Assembly: GCA_030141605.1 (NCBI GenBank)
Contig: JAQGDQ010001541.1
Span: 1-35,595, forward strand
Direction: 5' to 3'
Length of the DNA: 35,595 nucleotides
Origin: Tubiluchus corallicola
Lineage: Eukaryota > Animalia > Priapulida
Part shown: positions 25,358 to 34,483 of the stretch, piece after piece
How positions within the stretch are numbered: the first letter of the stretch is position 1
Layout of the letters: each line of letters begins with the position of its first letter
The notes under the pieces: model-generated
Database searches by the model: none
Told to the model about the DNA's origin: nothing
Seen by the model: only the letters and a program-made list of their open reading frames with translations
Position numbers and translations under genes: made by a program

Positions 25358-25509
25358 TAGCTAACGAAACCTCATTTTCCTAATATTTATGTTTCAGAAC
25401 ATGAAGTAATAGAGCAAAAAACTAAACACTGTTATGCCAGTGGTATGTCAGCACCACTTCCTAGCTAACGAAACCTCATTTTCCTAATATTTATGTTTCA
25501 GAACATGAA
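25302..25509 (+). repeat. 104-bp tandem duplication spanning the terminal-exon splice acceptor
   Basis: 25302-25405 and 25406-25509 are near-identical, and both end TTATGTTTCAG|AACATGAA. Confidence 0.93.
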
Positions 25510-25873
25510 CAGAACGGCAGGGGACGAAGAAGAAGAAGAACAAAGGAAACATCAAAGCGCAGAGACAAAGAAACCCCACAGCAGATCGACGAGTCCTGAA
25601 GATTTGGGCTTCTTTGATGGTGAGGAAGCCAGCCAAGGCCACACCTCTCACAGGACACAGTCACAGATGCTTCACGAAGCTGCCAGCCAGTTACAGAGGA
25701 AAATCAAAATCAACATTAAGAATCTGCGCAGCTGCAGCACACCTAACCTGGTGCGCGAATTACGAGAATGCGAGGATAATTATTACTGCGCTCACAACTT
25801 TTCCATACGTCCTGTAGTTCCCAGAACTCAGCGTCCGGGAGTTCACAGGAATTATCCCCCTCGGCATATTTAA
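25502..25873 (+). CDS. Terminal coding exon of the + strand gene (NMNRTAGDEEEEEQRK...VHRNYPPRHI*), uncharacterised protein
   Basis: Acceptor atttatgtttcag, phase 0 matching the 21824 donor. It is a non-repetitive, GC-richer frame of 123 codons ending in TAA and followed by AT-rich sequence. Confidence 0.85.
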   Translation, partial: NMNRTAGDEEEEEQRKHQSAETKKPHSRSTSPEDLGFFDGEEASQGHTSHRTQSQMLHEAASQLQRKIKINIKNLRSCSTPNLVRELRECEDNYYCAHNFSIRPVVPRTQRPGVHRNYPPRHI

Positions 25874-26120
25874 AATTTCACCTGATTTTATTGTGTATAA
25901 AATAATTTTTAATGTAATTAATATTACAACTACTACCTTTGCTAATTATGAAAAGTTGATGTCAAACTTTATTAATTACAGCATCCTAATTGATTATTGC
26001 AGCCTCCTAAATGAGCAATAGGTAAATAGACCTGTGCACTTTATTATTCTAATGTAATTAAAACTGTAATCCTCTAAATTAAGCAATTTCTAAGTAAGAT
26101 AATCTTCGTTGTACAAGATT

Positions 26121-26494
26121 AAGCCTTTTCACAGTTCCAGCGATTGATGTTGATCGTGAAAAAGGTCAAAGGTTAAGTGTACCAGACAACCCCTTTGTTT
26201 ACACTTGACAACGATCCGAATCCCTTGCTATTGTAAGAGTAACAGTTTTAACAGCTAGCTAGAACCTTGCCTAGTTCATTTTTTCTTGTTCCCAAGCAAG
26301 ATCCTGCTAGTAAATCACTCTATGCACAGACTAAGGCAGTAAAGTCCACGTAAAACTACTGAAGTTACTGAACTCATGCGGCAGACGAGTTTGCTTTACT
26401 CGTAAAGGTTGTATTTAAGGCATGTTGGTGTGATACGCTTAACCTTTGACCAGCAGCAACTGCGCGTGCGCACAACGAAACTTTGAAGAGGTTT
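26121..26494 (+). mobile_element. MITE family A copy
   Basis: AAGCCTTTTCACAGTTCC left TIR and decayed right TIR (GAAACTTTGAAGAGGTTT). It is colinear with 8814-9228. Confidence 0.9.
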
Positions 26495-26989
26495 ATTAGA
26501 ATTGTTCAGAACATCAACTGTGCCAAGTTATTGAAACTATTACGTTACGTTCATTGAAACAATGCTTCAAACAATGAAACAATGAAACAATGCTTCAAAC
26601 AATGAAACAGTGCTTTAACTGATTTCTGACTTGGCTGACAACATAAAAAAAACTAATTTAAAATAAAATTCAAATTCTTTACGTGTGAAAAATTTTCCGT
26701 GTACATTTTTGTTGACAAGACATTTGATTTTGAAAACTGCGGTTTTGCCTCCATGTTTGTTTGGATAAACAACAAAAACAACGACGATTGTAATGCAGCC
26801 CACATTGCTTGGCTCTTACAAATTCTCTATTATCTTTGTAAGTTGGTAAAACTATAATATTTTTGTATTTTTGTCAAGTAATATTTTAGAATCTGTCTTT
26901 TTGTATCGTGAAAACAAAGTTTTTTTAACACTGCTATTATAATGTCGTTTGAAATTGTGTAATCTATCGTATACATTAATTCTACTGGT

Positions 26990-27400
26990 ATATATATATA
27001 AGATTCGAGGCTACAGCTTCGACGAGGGCACCATTTGCGGCGATCTATACATCAAACGAAATGTCTCGATCTAGTGTCGTGCCATTGGGGGTTTATTTTT
27101 CAAATCGGGTCCACCGGGAGGAACGGGGGGCGAAAACCTCCAAAAATTGCCATTTTTCGGCCGTTTTTTGCAAAAGTTATACCTCTTATTTCTGAAGAAC
27201 GGGAACGGGCCATGGGTGGTGCCGGGTATGGATAGATAGCCCGTTCAGTGCTGAGTGTCATAGGCGTATTTAGAATTTGCGAGAGGGCCACGGCGTCCCG
27301 TAACGGACGTTTTCCCGGACCCAACTCGCGATTTTTTCGAAATTTTGACCAAACAGCATGGTGGGACTCTCGGAAGGAGATATATTGATTATTATTATCA
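26990..27400. mobile_element. GC/CpG-rich island, probably a non-autonomous interspersed repeat (possibly Helitron-type)
   Basis: Abrupt compositional shift after a (TA)n run, with no splice-compatible ORF. The class is a guess. Confidence 0.3.
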
Positions 27401-27787
27401 AAGATTTTTTTAATAATATCAAAAACGTATTCGAGTGATAATTAAATTTGATTTTTATATAAAGATTATGTACATATACACGATTTTATACACGCGTACT
27501 GAAAAAATATAATAATAATAATAATATAGTGCAAAAAGCGCAGAAATTTCATAACATACGAAATCTAAGATATTGTTTATAGAACAGAACACAGAACATT
27601 GTGAAACGTCATAGAATGAAACTTTTAGCAAGTTTTAAATAACTGACAATTATGTAAAGCGTAAACCTTGTTCATCAGATACATTTGATGGTAACATTTA
27701 ATATCTAAAAGAATAAAATAATTAAGATATTTATTAATAAAAGAACAATATTAATTAAAAACTTTAATTTACAACTGTTTAAAAAAC

Positions 27788-27835
27788 ATGTCCAAACGTT
27801 TCAACAGCAATCAGCTGTCATCATCAGTGCTACAT
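27788..27835 (-). ncRNA. Minimal type I hammerhead ribozyme motif (degenerate), PLE-associated
   Basis: The minus strand reads ATGTAGCA-CTGATGA-T-GACAGC-TGATT-GCTGTT-GAAA-CGTT-TGGACAT. It has both core boxes, a 6-bp stem II, a palindromic ACGT stem III and an imperfect stem I. Confidence 0.7.
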
Positions 27836-27950
27836 TCTACAAACAACAATCAGTTTATATAGGCAGAGCCTACTGTATGGAAAATTAAGCACTAATTATG
27901 TATTTACAAAGAAGCCAAAGTAATGAATAAACAGACCTGTAGAAAAAAAA

Positions 27951-28670
27951 TTGATACAGTAACAGATAGCTAAGTGTTTGAAAATAAAGTTAATGGAATT
28001 GAACTACTTTGCACATTAAGAGAAGGCTTATTGATACAGTAATAGATAGCTAAGTGTTTGAAAATAAAGTTAAAGGAATTGAACTACTTTGCACATTAAG
28101 AGAAGGCTTATTGATACAGTAATAGATAGCTAAGTGTTTGAAAATAAAGTTAAAGGAATTGAACTGCATTGCACATCAAGAGAAGGCTTATTGATACAGT
28201 AATAGGTAGCTGAGTGTTTGAAAATAAAGTTAATGGAATTGAACTACTTTGCACATCAAGAGAAGGCTTATTGATACAGTAATAGGTAGCTGAGTGTTTG
28301 AAAATAAAGTTAATTGAATTGAACTACTTTGCACATCAAGAGAAGGCTTATTGATACAGTAATAGGTAGCTGAGTGTTTGAAAATAAAATTAAAGGAATT
28401 GAACTACTTTGTACATTAAGAGAAGGCTTATTGATACAGTAATAGATAGCTAAGTGTTTGAAAATAAAGTTAATGGAATTGAACTACTTTGCACATTAAG
28501 AGAAGGCTTATTGGTACAGTAATAAATAGCTAAGTGCTTGAAAATAAAGTTAATGGAATTGAACTACTTTGCACATTAAGAGAAGGCTTATTGGTACAGT
28601 AATAAATAGCTAAGTGCTTGAAAATAAAGTTAATGGAATTGAACTACTTTGTACATTAAGAGAAGACTTA
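27951..28670. repeat. 80-bp tandem repeat x9 derived from the 3' end of the PLE endonuclease ORF
   Basis: TTG(A/G)TACAGT recurs exactly every 80 bp from 27951 to 28591. The minus strand of a typical unit encodes KPSLNVQSSSIPLTLFSNT*. Confidence 0.96.
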
Positions 28671-28881
28671 TTATGGTACACAGATGAACTTTCTTTTATT
28701 AATAAGTCCCAGTTATTTGTAACTCTGGTCACAATGCTGAAATGATTACAATGAGCTTTGTGGCCAGAGGCACAAATGTGTGGCCATTAATTCCGGATTC
28801 GCCAAATCTAAACGAAATACCCGGATGTTCACATAATCTTACTTTAAAGTGTCTAGACGTTTCCCCATGGTAAGCTGCTAC
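28610..28881 (-). pseudogene. Penelope-type GIY-YIG endonuclease C-terminal remnant (frameshifted)
   Basis: Manual translation gives VAAYHGETSRHFKVRLCEHPGISFRFG, then after a frameshift HICASGHKAHCNHFSIVTRVTNNWDLLIKESSSVYHNKSSLNVQSSSIPLTLFSST*. This fits the PLE endonuclease pattern YIGxTxRxLxxRxxEH...H...GH...F.I...L.IKE...KP.LN. Confidence 0.88.
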
Positions 28882-29890
28882 ACTGAAATCCTGTCTAGAC
28901 ATTTGCACATGTTTTTAAAGTTGTAAATTAAGGTTTTTAATTAAAATTGTGTTGTTTTAATAATAAATGTTTTAAAATACCTCCGAATATAAATTGACCT
29001 AGAGTTAAAATATCATAAAAACACAAATAAACAACAATATTTGCAAATATTTCTAATGTAAATTAGCCCTTATATACAAGGCAGTTTACATATTAAATAG
29101 GTTATTAATTGGAAACATATATTAAACATTACACACTAAGTGAATCATCGCGCATTATTTACGTGCCTCTACATAGATAAACCATGCTTCAACTCGCATT
29201 GAGGTGCTGCCCAGGACTGTCAAACATGCGCCTACATCCACGTAGTGGTTCACTGTTTACTGCAATTTGTTAAAGACTTTATGATGATTTCATATAATTA
29301 TTTATAATAGGAATGTTCGTTCTTATTTAATTTACTGATCGCCACAAAACTATACATAGTTCACACTCGCTCGCAATCGAAGAATTAATTAATCTACAGC
29401 CAAAGAAGAAAAGGCTTCAAATTCGGCTGCAATACCGCTGTTTAGCAAAGGTTGGCATTTCTAATTTTTACTTCTTATCAACATGGAAAACAATTTTGTT
29501 TCGAAAGACAAAAGACTTGATTACAAGTATATTCTGCTTTGTAATTTCTATATATGACTCATAATAAACAGGAAAAGATACCCTTTCGTGGCACGTAGTG
29601 GCGCTGATGTAGCGTGAAGATACGGACGCGTTTTGCGGGGTGCGGAATAGATAAATCGGTTTATATTGTTTTCAGTGCACCCGTTTACGCAGCCTGCGCA
29701 TGCTTTATTCTTTTTCTGCAGCTATTTTATTGATTTTTTGCGCAATTCCGTGGGGTGAAAACGCATCCGCACCCGCATCCTCACACTACCTAAACGCCAG
29801 TTAGGTGGTGTAACAACAAATCTAGTGTGAACAGGCTGTTGCAAAGTAGACCAGTTTGAAGTAGAACACAATCTAGATGTAAAACCAATA

Positions 29891-30280
29891 AAGCCTTTTC
29901 ACAGTTCCGTTGTGCACACGTGCAGTTGCTGCAGGTCAAAGGTTAAGTGCACCACAGCAACATGTCTTAAGTACAACAGTAACGTGACACGTGTGTAAAG
30001 CAAAGCCGTCTACCGCATCAGTTCAGTAACTTCAGTTGTTTTACTTGGACTTTACTCAATTATGGATTAGTCTGTGCAGAGAATGATTTACTAGCAGGAT
30101 CTTGCTTGGGAACAAGAAAAAAATGAACTAGGTAAGGCTCTAGCTAGCTGTTAAAACTGTTACTATTACAATAGTATGAGCTGCGAGACGTTGTCAACTG
30201 TACACAAATGCGTTGTCTGGTACACTTAACCTTTGACCTTTTCACAATCATCATCAATCGCTGGAACTTTGAAAAGGCTT
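29891..30280 (-). mobile_element. MITE family A copy, inverted relative to the other three
   Basis: 18-bp TIRs AAGCCTTTTCACAGTTCC / GGAACTTTGAAAAGGCTT (1 mismatch). The interior is the reverse complement of 26121-26494. Confidence 0.92.
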
Positions 30281-30617
30281 ATTTAATATGTACTATAGCA
30301 ATCATATTTAGGGATATTAGAATGTAGAGTAAGCCTATACAATATAAATAACTTTTCCACTCAATGCAAATTAGACGTAGTTTCAATTCAATGCTTTTTA
30401 CTTCCTTAGTATCATTATACTTTAATGTGATTTTCTAAATGAACGCTTTGTTTTGAACGCTAATAATAAAAAATAAAAAATAAACGGAAAACCTAGAGCA
30501 AGAATTGAACCAGCCTATAAGAATAACAATACAGGGCAAGAACCTTATAAAATGGCGCTTTGTGGTGCAGTAGGTGCGTTAGAAAAAGGCCAGTAGGCAC
30601 TAATAGTTGTAAACCAA

Positions 30618-31392
30618 TCATCCGATCTGTATCTTTTGTAAAGAATCATGAAACGTGCTACTACCGCCCATATCATCAATGATTTGCTGAGCCGAATCAC
30701 TCATGTGTCTCTGCGCCCCCTTCCTTCTCCCCTGCCTCCTCCGTTCAGTGTATCCCTGCGACGTAGAGACGTCTCGTAGAGAATGCGTGTGCCTCTGATG
30801 ACGACGATGACGCTCCGATCTCACGTCGTCCTGCGAGAACTGCTTCAAGCTCCCCCTATGCGTGCCGTCACGTGATCCGTAACGCAAATCGCCCACTCTG
30901 GTCTTTGTTCTTATGGAATCTTCCCGCGAGCGCAGTCTGTCGTGTAGCGAACCGTAGGAATGAGAAATGGATTTGTGGGGGAGGTATTCGAGTAAATCCT
31001 TCTGAAATACCGTCTCACATTCGATGGTTGGTGAAATGAGATCGTCTAGTACAACAGTTGTTTCCTCGCTAGTTGCGTTCTTTGATGACATGGAAGACAT
31101 GGATTGAACGTGTGGCGAATCAGACGGTGACACGACTACGACTTCATCGGTTATAACTGCTGACTCGATTGTTTTAGCTGAGAATTCACAGTTTAACGGA
31201 TCCTTGTACTCGTTCGACATGGAATAAAGTCGACCGTCTTGTTCTTTGGTGAAACTGGATTCGGATTGGTGATGTGGAGCTCCGTTCCACATCATCGGAG
31301 TGAGCGAGTCCTCGTCGTTTCCGGAACCTCTCCGCGCTTTCATCGAGGAAAACTCCCTTAGTTCTGGATCGCCACTCACAGAGTCTCTGCTC
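30618..31392 (-). CDS. Terminal coding exon of a - strand gene; Ser/Arg/Asp-rich, probably disordered C-terminal tail (SRDSVSGDPEL...FHDSLQKIQIG*)
   Basis: 257 non-repetitive sense codons in a GC-richer island. A good acceptor ccttttatttccag (AG at 31394-31393, phase 2) has ACTAAT upstream, so the ATG at 31409 is probably intronic. Upstream exons were not identified. Confidence 0.85.
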
Positions 31393-31410
31393 CTGGAAAT
31401 AAAAGGCATT

Positions 31411-32227
31411 ATGGGGATTAGTCTTAAGTTTTAGTCTTAGTCTTAGTTTTAGTCTTAAGGGCAGAAGTGGCAGGGCGAATGATGGGGATTAGTCTTAAGT
31501 TTTAGTCTTATTCTTAGTCTTAGTGTTAAGGGCAGAAGTTGCAGGGCAAATAAAGAGATTGCACAATCATATCAAAGTTTTAGTCTTAATCTATCCTAGT
31601 CTTAGTCTTAAGGGCAGAAGTGGCAGGGCAAATAAAGAGATTGCACCATCATATCAAAGTTTTAGTCTTAATCTATCTTAGTCTTAGTGTTAAGGGCAGA
31701 AGTGGCAGGGCAAATAAAGAGATTGCACCATCATATCAAAGTTTTAGTCTTAATCTATCCTAGTCTTAGTCTTTAGGGCAGAAGTGGCAGGGCAAATAAA
31801 GAGATTGCACCGTCATATCAAAGTTTTAGTCTTAATCTATCCTAGTCTTAGTCTTAAGGGCAGAAGTGGCATGGCAAATAAAGAGATTGCACCATCATAT
31901 CAAAGTTTTAGTCTTAATCTATCTTAGTCTTAGGGTTAAGGGCAGAAGTGGCAGGGCAAATAAAGAGATTGCACCATCATATCAAAGTTTTAGTCTTAAT
32001 CTATCCTAGTCTTAGTCTTAAGGGCAGAAGTGGCAGGGCAAATAAAGAGATTGCACCATCATATCAAAGTTTTAGTCTTAATCTATCCTAGTCTTAGTCT
32101 TAAGGGCAGAAGTGGCAGGGCAAATAAAGAGATTGCACCGTCATATCAAAGTTTTAGTCTTAATCTATCTTAGTCTTAAGGGCAGAAGTGGCAGGGCAAA
32201 TAAAGAGATTCCACCATCATATCAAAG
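31411..32227. repeat. 82-bp tandem repeat (about 8.5 copies plus shorter leading variants) with internal TTAGTC hexamers
   Basis: AGGGCAGAAG at 31611, 31693 and onward. Confidence 0.96.
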
Positions 32228-32783
32228 TAACGAGGTGTCGTTACAAATGGCTGCGTACTTTTAAAATGTCGAACCTTTTATCAAGGTTTAAAGGGAAACA
32301 TTTGGGAATCGTGTTGCTTCCATGAAGCCATTTAGAGCTGACAATGATGAAGCCATTTGAAGGTGACAATGATGAAGCCATTTGAAATTGATAAAAACAG
32401 CATAGAAATCACAGGTGCATGAAGTACACAGAAACGTGCTCACAATAAGTCACAATAACAAGCACAAAATTCTACTATTTCAATAATAACAAAGATAAAG
32501 AATGCATTTTGAAAAATTTTGTCTCTTATTCCGTAATTTCTATGAAGCCATTATTGAAAAAACTCCGAAAAGGATTCATATGTACAATAGCTATGCTTGA
32601 TGAGGAGTTGTTTTCCTGCTTCAGTAGCAGTAACAACAGCAGCAGTGGCGATGACGACGACGATAACAAAATGACAACAAGAACCAAAACAGCCATGACA
32701 AATACAACGACAAACAAGCCAAATGGTAAGCACAAAGACAAAAACAAAGACACGGACAAGAACATGGGCAAGAACAAAGACAA

Positions 32784-33193
32784 GAACAACAACAACAACA
32801 ACATCATCATCATCATCAAAAGCGAAGAGGAAATCAAAGACAACAACAATGACAGTCATCAAATTCTTCTCCATAATAAGGCAGGCTTCTAACAACAACA
32901 ACAACAACAACAACAACATCAAAAGCGAAGAGGAAATCAAAGACAACAACAATGACAGTCATCAGTTCATTCTCCATAATAAGGCAGGCTTCTAACAACA
33001 ACAACAACAACAACATCATCAAAAGCGAAGAGGAAATCAAAGACAACAACAATGACAGTCATCAGTTTATTCTCCATAATAAGGCAGGCTTCTAACAACA
33101 ACAACAACAACAACATCATCAAAAGCGAAGAGGAAGTCAAAGACAACAACAATGACAGTCATCAGTTTATTCTCCATAATAAGGCAGGCTTCT

Positions 33194-33227
<34 letters not shown>

Positions 33228-34017
33228 TCAAAAGCGAAGAGGAAATCAAAGACAACAACAATGACAGTCATCAGTTTATTCTCCATAATAAGGCAGGCTT
33301 CTAACAACAACAACAACAACAACAACAACATCAAAAGCGAAGAGGAAATCAAAGCAACAACAATGACAGTCATCAGTTCATTCTCCATAATAAGGCAGGC
33401 TTCTAACAACAACAACAACAACAACAACATCAAAAGCGAAGAGGAAATCAAAGCAACAACAATGACAGTCATCAGTTTATTCTCCATAATAAGGCAGGCT
33501 TCTAACAACAACAACCACAACAACAACAACATCATCATCAAAAGCGAAGAGGAAATCAAAGGCAACAACAATGACAGTCACCAGTTTATTCTCCATAATA
33601 AGGCAGGCTTCTAACAACAACAACAACAACAACAACATCAAAAGCGAAGAGGAAATCAAAGACAACAACAATGACAGTCATCAGTTTATTCTCCATAATA
33701 AGGCAGGCTTCTAACAACAACAACAACAACAACAACATCAAAAGCGAAGAGGAAATCAAAGACAACAACAATGACAGTCATCAGTTTATTCTCCATAATA
33801 AGGCAGGCTTCTAACAACAACAACAACAACAACATCATCATCAAAAGGGAAGAGGAAATCAAAGACAACAATAATGACAATCATCTATTCTCTCTCCATA
33901 ATAAGGCAGGCTTCTAACAACAACAACAACAACAACATCATCAAAAGCGAAGAGGAAATCAAAGACAACAATAATGACAATCATCTATTCTCTCTCCACA
34001 ATAAGGCAGGCAACAAC
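32784..34017. repeat. ~100-110-bp compound tandem repeat x12 with a variable (AAC)n tract
   Basis: AAGGCAGG occurs 12 times with the constant block AAAAGCGAAGAGGAAATCAAAGACAACAACAATGACAGTCATCAG. It explains the staggered poly-L/V/N ORFs. Confidence 0.96.
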
Positions 34018-34483
34018 AAATATTATTACATCTTTTGAGATGGTTGCTAACTAGCACCATTCTCTAATTAACATTGATTACAGCTTTGCAGCAGAATAAC
34101 AGCTTACTGGCTGACAGAAGCTCATAATCAACAAAACCATAATACAGTAGCAAAGTTAATCAACATTCGTCACACGAACTGGCTTCATCCTGCCGCTGAT
34201 GACAAGCGAAATTACTAATAACAATTCTCAGTGTAAATGTCAGAGGTCTTCTTCCTTTAAATGACTGCATGACACGTGTCTAATAAGCTGCGCAATTAAA
34301 CATAATGAAGATAAATGGACGGGGAGAATGAAGGTGTCATAAAGACAGTTCTAGACGTGATTTAACTCAGAACTGTAATAAAAAACCTTGAAGTTGAATT
34401 TGTAAGAAAATTAACTTGAATTTGAAGTGGTAGGTAATAAAGTCACGAAAAAATCACGAATTAAAAGTCACAATTTTGGCTGG

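Larger units (their letters stand above)
27728..28970 (-). mobile_element. 5'-truncated Penelope-like retroelement (PLE)
   Basis: GIY-YIG endonuclease remnant, a downstream hammerhead motif, and an inverted partial copy of its 3' end at 28891-28968 matching 27728-27807. Confidence 0.88.

Noticed and set aside
29355-29837. Possible further Harbinger-type MITE (GTTCACACT ... AGTGTGAACAGGCT)
   Set aside because: There is only a 9-bp inverted match and no TSD, so it is too decayed to call.
31393-31409. ATG at 31409 as the start of a single-exon gene
   Set aside because: MPFISR overlaps a canonical polypyrimidine tract and AG acceptor, so it is better read as intron.
32259-32337. Candidate upstream exon of the - strand gene (SKWLHGSNTIPKCFPLNLDKRFDILK)
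   Set aside because: The better donor gives phase 0, while the terminal exon needs phase 2. The phase-2 donor (gttcga) is weak, and the acceptor lies in a small local repeat.
32509-33880. Hydrophobic poly-L/V and poly-N ORFs resembling membrane or signal peptides
   Set aside because: They are staggered copies produced by the (AAC)n compound tandem repeat.
34196-34213. CTGATGA-CAAGC-GAAA, a possible second hammerhead core
   Set aside because: There is no pairable stem II and no convincing stem I or III.
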